From an uncultured delta proteobacterium (GTDB lineage Bacteria; Desulfobacterota; Binatia; Binatales; Binataceae): DNA of 64,000 nucleotides. Below are positions 38,772 through 47,485 of this stretch, in pieces. The DNA is taken from positions 1,376,001-1,440,000 of the forward strand of contig CAVQEQ010000003.1 of NCBI GenBank assembly GCA_963711565.1, in the 5' to 3' direction. The notes beneath the pieces were generated by a model that was not told the DNA's origin, made no database searches, and saw nothing but the letters and a program-made list of their open reading frames with translations. Position numbers and translations under genes: made by a program. Numbering within the stretch: the first letter of the stretch is position 1; each line of letters begins with the position of its first letter.

Positions 38772-39529
38772 CAGCCTCGCTCCTCGATTAGCGAGAAGAC
38801 CTTGTCGGTCAGCGCGTTGAAAGCTTCGGTGCGGCGGTCGCGCGGTCTCGGCAACTCGACCTTGAGATCCTTGACGATGCGCCCGGGACTTGCCGCCATC
38901 ACGATGATCCGATCGGCGAGCTCGATTGCCTCCTCAATGATGTGGGTTACGTGCACTATGTTCTTTACCGGCATGTCGGGCGACTGCCAGATGTCGAGCA
39001 ATTCCTCGCGCAGCGTGATTGCGGTCAGGGCGTCGAGTGCGGAGAACGGCTCGTCCATCAGGAGCACCTTGGGCTCGACGGCAAGCGCGCGGGCGAAACC
39101 GACGCGCTGCTTCATCCCGCCGGATAGCTCGCGCGGGTAGGCTTCCTCGAAACCATCGAGACCGACCTTGTCGATATAAATTCCGGCGCGTTTCTCGCGC
39201 TCGGCCGGCGGCAGTCCCTGCGCTTCGAGGCCGAGCTCGACATTGGCCTTGACCGACAGCCACGGCAGCAGCGCGAACGATTGGAACACCAGCGCGCATT
39301 CGAGATTGATCCCGTCAACCTGGCGGCCGCGGTACAGCACCTGTCCGGAAGTCATCGGCACGATGCCGTTGATGATGCGTAGCAGCGTTGACTTGCCGCA
39401 TCCCGAGGGGCCGACGATCGCGACGAACTCGCCTTCCTCGACGTTGAAGCTGATGTCGTTGAGCACCTGCAACATGCCCTTCGCGTGCGCGAAGCTTTTC
39501 GAGATGTTCTTGAGCTCGAGGAAGGCCAT
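38771..39529 (-). CDS. NitT/TauT-family ABC ATP-binding protein
   Basis: Walker A GPSGCGKS, signature 'LSGGMKQR' and 'LLMDEPFSALD'. Confidence 0.93.
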   Translation of the reverse strand: MAFLELKNISKSFAHAKGMLQVLNDISFNVEEGEFVAIVGPSGCGKSTLLRIINGIVPMTSGQVLYRGRQVDGINLECALVFQSFALLPWLSVKANVELGLEAQGLPPAEREKRAGIYIDKVGLDGFEEAYPRELSGGMKQRVGFARALAVEPKVLLMDEPFSALDALTAITLREELLDIWQSPDMPVKNIVHVTHIIEEAIELADRIIVMAASPGRIVKDLKVELPRPRDRRTEAFNALTDKVFSLIEERG

Positions 39530-39566
39530 GGGTCAGATGAGTCCGAATCGCACATTGTGGGACGCG

Positions 39567-41297
39567 TCAGTAGTCCAGCCTGTAGCGCTCCGTGGCGAGG
39601 TTGTACAAGGGCCGCCACATGAGGCGGTTCAACAGTAGCACTACCGCTATCATCGAAAGGAGGCTCAACAGGATCATCACGCCGTTGTTGCCCTTGCCGT
39701 AGGTGGCGGCGTCCAGCAGCGCGCCGATTCCGAGAACCTGGTGAGTCTGATCGTTGTAGACAAAATATTCGGACAGGATGAGCGCGTTCCATCCGCCGCC
39801 CCACGCGGTGATGCTGCCGGTGATCAGCGACGGCGCCACGGCCGGCAGGATCAACTTGCGCCATCGCGCGACGCGGGAGAGCCCGAACGCGCGCGCAGCT
39901 TCCTTCAAGTCCTCGGGCACCTGGTTGATTCCGGCGAGCAGGTTGAAGAGCAGGTACCATTGCATGCCGGTGAGGATGAGCACGATCGACGCGACGTTCA
40001 TCCCGCCGGTGAACTCGATGAAGGCGGCAACGATGATCGGGAACAGCGCCGTCGCCGGCATCGAGCCGACGATCTCGGCGATGGGCGACAGGATTCGGTT
40101 AAAGCGCGGATTCTCGCTGGCGGCCAGCGCGCACGGCACCGTCCACGCGAGCGAGATCGCGTAAGCGATCGTCATGCGAATAGTCGAGAGGAGGATAGCT
40201 TCGGGAATCTGCTTAGCGTCGTCGGGCCACGGCTGCGATAGCGTTCTGACCAGAGCCACGAAGCCCCGGGCCAACGCCCACAGGGTGAAGAACACTATCG
40301 TGCCGATAATCAGCGACCGCACGATATTGCCGACGCGCTTGCTTTGTTCGGGAGTCAGCTGCGGACCGCGCGGTAACGCGTCGATCGCGCGGCGCATAAA
40401 CCTGAAAGGAGGGACCAAGATCATCCGCAACCCGCGCGTGACCGCCGGGCCGACGCCGGAGAGCGCGTCGAACATCCCGAGCGATTGCACGGCGCCGGAT
40501 GACGCCGCGAATTCGTATTTGAACTTTTCGGCCCACGTGGACAGCGGCTGCCATACGATCATGTCCATCAGCACGATGATCGCGAGCAGGGTGAGAAGGC
40601 CAGCGGCGAGATCGAAATTGCGTCCTTTCTCGGAGGCTTGCCACAGGAAACTGCCCAGCCCCGGCAGCCGGTAGGTGGCGGGACCGGCCGTGATGATCTC
40701 GCACGCGATGAGGAAGTACCAGCCCGCGACCCACGACAGGATCGAGTTGTACACGAGCTTCGGCACGCTGGCGGGCAACAGCAATCGCTTGAACTTCAGC
40801 CATCCGCGGCCGCCGAACGTCTCGATGCACTCCCTGGAGTCGTCGGGAATGGTTTTGACGGCTTCGTAAACGCCGAGCGCCATGTTCCACGCCTGGCTGG
40901 TGAAGATGAGAAAGACGGCCGCCATCTCGACGCCGAGCCGGCTGCCATGCGTCAGCGCGACGAAGAAAAAGACCGCGGCGGGAAAAAACCCGACCACCGG
41001 CACCGACTGCGCGATGTCGATGGCGGGAATCAGGATGCGCTCGTAGAGGCCGCCGCGCGCCGCCGCCATGCCGTAGATGATCGAAAAAACCAGCGCGATG
41101 ATGTACGCCGCAAGCATCCGGTAAAATGAGCAGAACGCGTAGTATGGAAGATGGCGGATCGAGACGGGGACGTTGTGCGGAATGAAATGCTGAGCGTGGC
41201 TGCGATACGCGAAGAACAGCGCGATGATCGCGGCGAGCGCGAGAAACGACAGCGTGCCATTGATCAAACGGCGGGTATTTATTTCGATCCTGGGCAT
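39567..41297 (-). CDS. NitT/TauT-family ABC permease with two fused TM domains
   Basis: Motifs 'DIAQSVPVVGF', 'FTSQAWNM', 'GMQWYLLFN' and 'TAWGGGWNA..SE'; start MPRIEIN. Confidence 0.88.
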   Translation of the reverse strand: MPRIEINTRRLINGTLSFLALAAIIALFFAYRSHAQHFIPHNVPVSIRHLPYYAFCSFYRMLAAYIIALVFSIIYGMAAARGGLYERILIPAIDIAQSVPVVGFFPAAVFFFVALTHGSRLGVEMAAVFLIFTSQAWNMALGVYEAVKTIPDDSRECIETFGGRGWLKFKRLLLPASVPKLVYNSILSWVAGWYFLIACEIITAGPATYRLPGLGSFLWQASEKGRNFDLAAGLLTLLAIIVLMDMIVWQPLSTWAEKFKYEFAASSGAVQSLGMFDALSGVGPAVTRGLRMILVPPFRFMRRAIDALPRGPQLTPEQSKRVGNIVRSLIIGTIVFFTLWALARGFVALVRTLSQPWPDDAKQIPEAILLSTIRMTIAYAISLAWTVPCALAASENPRFNRILSPIAEIVGSMPATALFPIIVAAFIEFTGGMNVASIVLILTGMQWYLLFNLLAGINQVPEDLKEAARAFGLSRVARWRKLILPAVAPSLITGSITAWGGGWNALILSEYFVYNDQTHQVLGIGALLDAATYGKGNNGVMILLSLLSMIAVVLLLNRLMWRPLYNLATERYRLDY

Positions 41298-41442
41298 TGT
41301 CGCGTGACCCGAACCTTCCAGCATAGCCGCGCAAGCGGTTGGCTCAAGGGCCAAGCTCATTTCAGATACATTAATTTTTCCGCGCGCGGCGTTGACAACG
41401 TGCGGTCCCGCGATTACCGACAGCGCGAGAGCGAAGAAGAGA

Positions 41443-43110
41443 ATGGCGAGCGCGGAAAGAACTACAGATAACGAGTGGCGACTCGACGACGAATCGAGCG
41501 AGCGCCGCGAGGACCAGCCGCCACTCGCGCCGACGCCCGCCGAGAACGCCGCCAAGCTGAGCCACGAACGGCTCACCCGACCTATTTACGTCGTCACGGC
41601 GGAGCATTTTGCGTGGTACCTGGTTGTAGCGTACGCGCTCATCACGCGCGCGGTGGCTCTGGGAGCACGTCCTCTGGATCCGGCGCAGGCCACAGACGCG
41701 CTCACGGCGTTGCTCATCGCGCAGCATGGCCGCCTCGCTTTCGCGTTGTCGGATGCGTCGTGGGTGACGATCGTTCAGGGCTGGATCTTTGCGGCGATGG
41801 GCGCGACTGATGCCGCCTCGCGCATTGTCGTGACGCTATGCGGCCTGCTGCTCATCGCGACCGGCTTTGCGCTGCGTCCGGTCCTCGGGCGCGCGGGAGC
41901 GCTGGCCTTTGCCGCATTGATCGCGATTTCGCCGAGCACGACTTATTTTTCGCGCGGTGGCTCGACCGTGATCGCGTCGCTAACGTTGATGATGATCGCG
42001 ATCACAATCGCGGAGAGCATGCGCCGGCGTCCTACCGTGCTCCGCGCCGTCGGGCTGGGCCTTGCGATCGCGCTGTGGCTCACGGCGGATCCGATCGGCT
42101 ACGTAACCGGCGCCGCGATGATCGTGTCGCTGATTCTGGTCGGTGCGGCCGACGCTGTGCGCCTGGACCATCGGCGTTTGCGCTTGCGCGTATGGTGGGA
42201 CCGTCGCCGCGCGCTGGTCATCGTTTGCGGGATCGTGGCGATCGGCTTGTGGTTCATCCTGACGACGGCTTTTTTTCACCGGCCTCTCCTGGCGTCCGTC
42301 GAATACTGCCTGCATAGCGCATTCGCCCCGCCATCGATCGCCTTCTACCACGCAATTCGGGGATTGATTCCGATTTTGGTTTTTTACGAATTCATCGTCG
42401 TGGCTCTGGCAATCGTCGGCGCCATCGCGATCGTCTCGCGACGTATCGGCGATCGCTTTGCGGCCTGGTCAGTGGTGTGGAGAATCGTGAGCGTCGCGAC
42501 AATTGCGGCGGTGAGCGCGAATCGAACTGACGCGGTCGTCGCGATCGTTCTGCCGCTGGCGCTGGTCGGCGCTTACGCGGTGGATTGGATGCATCGGTTG
42601 GAGCAATGGAACTCGATTCGTTATGCGATTGCTGCGGCGGTCGCACTCACCATCTACGTTCAGCTCACCGTCAATTTCGTTCATCCGGCGCCGGACACGA
42701 GCGAAGCGTCGTGGCGCCGGCACGCGCTGTTGTTCTGGTCGGATCCGACCACTTCGATCCGGACGGTGGAGGAATGCGAGCGTGCGCGGAATGCGGTATC
42801 GACGGCCGGAGCGAGCGCGATGATTCCCGACGATGCGCCGCAGGTGCAATGGTATCTGCGCGATTTCACACAGACAGATTCGCCGGCGGACGCGAACATC
42901 GTAGTGACACTCGGCAAGACGGAAAGCGGCGCGGTCGCGGGCAACCCGGACGTCCCGCAGTTTGGATTCGAAGAATGGTGGACGCCCGATTTCCACAAGC
43001 TGACGATAGCCGACGCCGTCACATATTTTTTCACCCAACGCGCGTGGAGCGATGTCGAGATTCGGAATCTCGAAATCGAAGTGACGAAATCCGGCAACCC
43101 TAACCCCTGA
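41443..43110 (+). CDS. GT-C/PMT-like (Agl23/TIGR03663-like) membrane protein
   Basis: About 11 TM segments; 'AISPS..YFSR' and C-terminal 'QWYLRDF'. Confidence 0.6.
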   Translation: MASAERTTDNEWRLDDESSERREDQPPLAPTPAENAAKLSHERLTRPIYVVTAEHFAWYLVVAYALITRAVALGARPLDPAQATDALTALLIAQHGRLAFALSDASWVTIVQGWIFAAMGATDAASRIVVTLCGLLLIATGFALRPVLGRAGALAFAALIAISPSTTYFSRGGSTVIASLTLMMIAITIAESMRRRPTVLRAVGLGLAIALWLTADPIGYVTGAAMIVSLILVGAADAVRLDHRRLRLRVWWDRRRALVIVCGIVAIGLWFILTTAFFHRPLLASVEYCLHSAFAPPSIAFYHAIRGLIPILVFYEFIVVALAIVGAIAIVSRRIGDRFAAWSVVWRIVSVATIAAVSANRTDAVVAIVLPLALVGAYAVDWMHRLEQWNSIRYAIAAAVALTIYVQLTVNFVHPAPDTSEASWRRHALLFWSDPTTSIRTVEECERARNAVSTAGASAMIPDDAPQVQWYLRDFTQTDSPADANIVVTLGKTESGAVAGNPDVPQFGFEEWWTPDFHKLTIADAVTYFFTQRAWSDVEIRNLEIEVTKSGNPNP

Positions 43111-43238
43111 CCCATGCGAAGGGCTAGGTTGCCTGCCGAGGGTGGCTTTGCGATAAACTGCACAGACCGCGCATCGCGCCTACGTGTTGTCCCGCGCCCG
43201 CGCGTACTCTGACCCTGTTTCCATTCTAAGGAGCATCG

Positions 43239-43928
43239 ATGGACGCTGCCCTGAAATTCCTGGAACCCTACCAACTGCATCCTGTCGTAGATCATTTCTC
43301 GATGGCGCTGCTGATTGTCGCCGTGCTGATCGATCTCGTCGCCAGCGCGGCACCGAATCGTACCTGGCTTCGCTACACCGCCTTGTTGCTGATGATCCTC
43401 GGTGCGATCGCTGCAGGAGCTTCGTATTTCACGGGCGATATGGAAGCCGACCGCATCTGGGACGCGCTGGGGCAACCGGCCAAAGATGTGCTCAGCAGGC
43501 ACGCGAAATTGGGCGAGTATCTCGCGATTATCTTCGGTGTACTCGCAGTGTGGCGAATTCTGATCCAGGCGTTCGGCTTCATGGCAGGATCGCGCGGGAT
43601 CTATCTCATCTTCGCTCTCGTGGCGATCGTGCTGCTCGGTTACCAGGGGCATCTCGGCGGCATACTCGTGTTCGATTACGGCGCCGGCACCGCGCTGATG
43701 GCGGCTGCTCCCGTTCCGTCGGAGGCCGCAAGCCCTCAAGCGGCGTCCACCGCGGCGGGACCGATCCCGACAGTGTCCGTGCCGACTCCCCAGCCCACGG
43801 CAAGCGCGCCGCCGCCTGTTCCCGCAGCGTCAGCTTCAACATCGATGGGGTCGCCAAAGCCCGTCAGCGCGCCGACGCCAGTCCCGAGTGTTCAGCCCTC
43901 GGCCGCGCCGAGTGGAGCGAGCATGTAA
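43239..43928 (+). CDS. DUF2231-like membrane protein with a Pro/Ala tail
   Basis: Motifs 'LHPVVDHF', 'H...G' and 'GHLGG.LVF.YG.G'; four TM segments. Confidence 0.75.
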   Translation: MDAALKFLEPYQLHPVVDHFSMALLIVAVLIDLVASAAPNRTWLRYTALLLMILGAIAAGASYFTGDMEADRIWDALGQPAKDVLSRHAKLGEYLAIIFGVLAVWRILIQAFGFMAGSRGIYLIFALVAIVLLGYQGHLGGILVFDYGAGTALMAAAPVPSEAASPQAASTAAGPIPTVSVPTPQPTASAPPPVPAASASTSMGSPKPVSAPTPVPSVQPSAAPSGASM

Positions 43929-43995
43929 TCGCGGACCGGTTGAGGTATCCGCGTATCCCTCGCGGCTCAGTCTGAAGAGAGAGCAAGGAGTAGTT

Positions 43996-45162
43996 ATGAC
44001 CCAGCGTCTCGGTTTTGGCGTGTTCCTCGCGCCGCATCATCCTATCGGTGAGCATCCCACGCTCCAGCTTCAGCGCGATCTCGAACTGGCCAAGTGGCTC
44101 GACGAGCTGCAATACGACGAGTTCTGGGTGGGTGAGCATCACTCGGCGGGATGGGAAACGATTGCGTCGCCGGAAATGTTCCTGGTCGCCGCGGCGGAGC
44201 GCACCAAGCGAATCAGGCTCGGCACGGGCGTCGTGTCGATTCCGTACCATCACCCGTTCAACGTCGCCCAGCGCATCGTTATGCTCGATCATCTGAGCCA
44301 CGGCCGCGCGATGCTCGGGGTCGGCCCGGGCGCGCTGCCGTCGGACGCCGTGATGCTCGGGATCGATCCGATGACGCAGCGCGACCGAATGGACGAGGGC
44401 CTCGGCGTCATCCTGCGCCTGCTAAATACAGACGAGCCGTTCAGTTACACCGGCTCGTGGTTCGAGCTGCACAACGCCGCGCTGCAGATTCGTCCGCTGC
44501 AAGAAAAAATTCCGATCGCGGTCGCTTCGACGATTTCGCCGTCGGGGATGAAGACCGCGGGCAAATACGGCGCGGGCGTGCTGTCGGTCGCCTCATACTC
44601 CGAAGAAGGGCTGATGGCGCTGCCGACGCAGTGGAATTTCGGCGAGACGTTGGCGAAGGAATACGGCAACACGATCGATCGCGCGAACTGGCGAATCGTG
44701 ATGCCGTTTCATCTCGCGGAATCCAAAGAACAGGCGATGCGCGAAGTCGCGGCTGGACTCCAGAGATGGCAGAACGAGTACGTCGTCGGCATTCTCGGCA
44801 CGCCGAATCGCCCGACGTTTCCCGACGGCTACGAGGCCGCCAAGCGAATGAGCGAATATGGCGGCGCGATCTTCGGCACGCCGGAGGACGCGCTCGAACG
44901 CATCGCGCGCCTGCAGAAACTCTCGGGCGGCTTCGGCACAATCCTGAGCTTCGCCCATGACTGGGCGACGCGCCCGCAAATGATGCGCAGCTACGAACTC
45001 CTCGCGCGCTACGTGATGCCGCGATGCCAGGGGCTGATCAAGCCGATCGAAGCATCGGCCGCTCGCGTCAGCGCCAACAAAGCGGAGCTGATGGAAAAAG
45101 CGGGCGGCGCAATCCTGAAGGCAATCCGCGACTACAACGCGGTACACCCGAGACAGAAATAA
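43996..45162 (+). CDS. LLM-class flavin-dependent monooxygenase (limonene 1,2-monooxygenase-like)
   Basis: Motifs 'FGVFLAP.H', 'WVGEHHS.GWE.IASPE', 'IRLGTGVVS.PYHHP' and 'GVGPGALPSDA'. Confidence 0.88.
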   Translation: MTQRLGFGVFLAPHHPIGEHPTLQLQRDLELAKWLDELQYDEFWVGEHHSAGWETIASPEMFLVAAAERTKRIRLGTGVVSIPYHHPFNVAQRIVMLDHLSHGRAMLGVGPGALPSDAVMLGIDPMTQRDRMDEGLGVILRLLNTDEPFSYTGSWFELHNAALQIRPLQEKIPIAVASTISPSGMKTAGKYGAGVLSVASYSEEGLMALPTQWNFGETLAKEYGNTIDRANWRIVMPFHLAESKEQAMREVAAGLQRWQNEYVVGILGTPNRPTFPDGYEAAKRMSEYGGAIFGTPEDALERIARLQKLSGGFGTILSFAHDWATRPQMMRSYELLARYVMPRCQGLIKPIEASAARVSANKAELMEKAGGAILKAIRDYNAVHPRQK

Positions 45163-45182
45163 AAGGCCGGCCTGGCTTTGTC

Positions 45183-46184
45183 TTAGCGCGACGGCGCCGC
45201 GGAATGCTGGAGCACGGGATCGCCCGACATCAACTGCTGCGCCTTGCGCAGCGCCGCTTCAGTCTCGCGCAACAAGTCGGCAAACACTTCGGCGGCGGGT
45301 TTGATCGCGTGAATCAGTCCCGCGCCCTGCCCGGTCGGCATGAACGTACGATTGGGATCTACGTCGTGGCCGCCGCGTCCGGTGTAGTTCATGACTCCGT
45401 TGCGGGACGAGACCTGCGCCTGCATCGGGAATGCCTGAATCTTCGACGGGTCCTTCTCCCACTCGAGCGCATACTCGGTGCGGATTACGCGACAGGTCTT
45501 GCCGGTGTAGGCGCGCGTGCGCAGGGTCGAATCCTCGTGCGCCTTTACGATCGCCTCGCGATAGCCTTGCGCCGCCTGCGCCTCGGGCGTTGCGATAAAG
45601 CGCGTGCCGATCACGACGCCCTGCGCGCCGACCGTCAGCGCCGCCGCTATCTGCCGTCCATCGGCAATTCCGCCCGCGGCGAGCACCGGCAACTTCACCG
45701 CGTCGATCATCTGCGGCACCAACGACAGCATTCCGATTTCGCCGGTGTGACCGCCCGCCTCGGTGCCTTGCGCGACGACCACGTCGGCGCCCGCATCCTG
45801 CGACTTGACGCCGTGATGCACCTTGCCGCACATCACGACGATCTTCATTCCGTTGTCGTGCATCACCTTGACGAATTCCTGCGGCACCGAGAGCCCGGCG
45901 ACGAAGACCTTGACCTTTTCTTCGATCATCACGGGCACGTGCGGGCGCATCATGTCGGGAATCGGCGCGAGCAGATCGACGGCGAACGGCTTGTCAGTCA
46001 GTTCGCGAGTCTTGCGGATTTCCGCGCGCAGATCGTCGGGGCTCAGCGACGCGGCGCCGATAACGCCAAGGCCGCCGGCGTTGGAAACCGCGGCGACCAG
46101 CTTGTGCATCGCGACGCCACCCATCCCGGCGAGCAGGATCGGATACTTGATTCCAAAGTAATCGCAAATCGGCGTATGCAGCAT
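45183..46184 (-). CDS. Nitronate monooxygenase / FabK-like flavoprotein
   Basis: Motifs 'YPILLAGMGG', 'AVSNAGGLG', 'QGTEAGGHTG', 'AAGGIADG' and 'GTRF'. Confidence 0.9.
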   Translation of the reverse strand: MLHTPICDYFGIKYPILLAGMGGVAMHKLVAAVSNAGGLGVIGAASLSPDDLRAEIRKTRELTDKPFAVDLLAPIPDMMRPHVPVMIEEKVKVFVAGLSVPQEFVKVMHDNGMKIVVMCGKVHHGVKSQDAGADVVVAQGTEAGGHTGEIGMLSLVPQMIDAVKLPVLAAGGIADGRQIAAALTVGAQGVVIGTRFIATPEAQAAQGYREAIVKAHEDSTLRTRAYTGKTCRVIRTEYALEWEKDPSKIQAFPMQAQVSSRNGVMNYTGRGGHDVDPNRTFMPTGQGAGLIHAIKPAAEVFADLLRETEAALRKAQQLMSGDPVLQHSAAPSR

Positions 46185-46317
46185 CGAGACGTTCTCCAAT
46201 AGTGAGCCGTCTGTGCGACTGGCTCCTCATGACTTCTTAGTTGGCGGGTGCGGAGCAATCAAGCGTGTCCGCGGCGCGATGCTGACCTGTCCCCTGAAAC
46301 TCGCCAGCGGTAGAGAC

Positions 46318-47415
46318 CTAAATATCCTCGGGGCCCGGGTAGTACTTCCCATCGCCGAGCGAATCGACCGCGGCCCAGAACTCAGGACCGCCCGGCTTCA
46401 TCGGATCCTCGAGCGCCCAGGCCTGCCGCTTGTAGTTCCAGCTCTCCGGCCTCAGCCGCTTGGCTTCCTCGAAATATTTCTGCGCCGCCTCCGCGTGTCC
46501 ATGCTCGAACAGAAACTCACCGAGCCTGAAATTCGCCGCCGCGCTGACCTGTGTGTCGTCCGGCGTATGCATTCGCCTGAGCACTTCCGCCTCGCCGAGC
46601 GCGTAACGGCTTTCCGATCCCTTCGCGACCCAATCGCGAAGCGCGTCGAGGTAAGCCTTACGCTTTGCCTGCAGCTCGTTCATCGCGTCGATCGGAATCG
46701 AGAAGTTGGTGCGATTCATCTTGCGGAATGCGTCAGTGACGCCGGCGGGTTCGCTCGGCCGTACGATCTTGCCGCGCTCATCGATCCAGACGGCGGTCGG
46801 CACGTTGACCATGTCGTAAAGCTCGGCGACGAGATGCCGCCGATCGATCAGGCACGGATAGGTGGGCTTGGCAGCCTTGATCCACGGCTCGGTCGCCGCA
46901 TTGCCGCCACTGTCGAATGCGATCGCGATCGGCACGAATCCTTTTGGCCCGAGTTCTTCGTAGAGGGCCTGCCAGACTGGCAGGTCAAAGCGGCATCCTC
47001 ACCACGACGCCCATGAAACGACGAAAACTTTCTTGCCGCGATAGTCGGACAGCGAATGCATCTTGCCGTCGAGATCGGGCAGGCTGAAATCCGGCGCGTC
47101 GAGCGAGGTCAGCATCCGCTTTCTCTCGGCCGCGGCCTCGCCGAAGCACCATGCGCCAAACTCCGCGTCCGTCACGACAGGTTGTCCGAGCAGACTAGCC
47201 AGCGCCGCGAGATTGTAACGCCCGCCCGCAACGAACTCGCTGATCCGCGCGTCAGGCACCGGCACGCACACGTCGCCCCTGCAGAATCCCTGCGGCTTGA
47301 ACTCCCACCCGCTGACCCGCTTCAGATCGTCGCCGTCAAACCACAACCCGCCGCCGGTCGATTCGGCATCGACGCCGCTCGTAACGCGCTCGCCGTATAT
47401 AATGTCGACTGCCAT
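46318..47415 (-). CDS. Predicted selenoprotein: ResA/TlpA-like redoxin with WASW-U-GC motif and C-terminal TPR-like helices (365 aa, Sec139)
   Basis: ORFs 46999-47415 and 46318-46935 are in one frame, separated by a single TGA at the redoxin active site (APDFSLPDLDGK...VFVVSWASW*GCRFDLPVWQALYEEL). A hairpin follows the TGA, and selB is in the window. Confidence 0.85.
46968..46984 (-). promoter_or_regulatory. Putative bacterial SECIS element
   Basis: mRNA hairpin CCUGCCA-GUC-UGGCAGG begins 14 nt after the UGA and has GU in the apical loop. Confidence 0.7.
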
Positions 47416-47485
47416 CGCTATTCGCCTCGCGCAGAGATTTCACCACAAACCCACGACCTTCACCAAGCGGCTCTTTACCCTTCCC

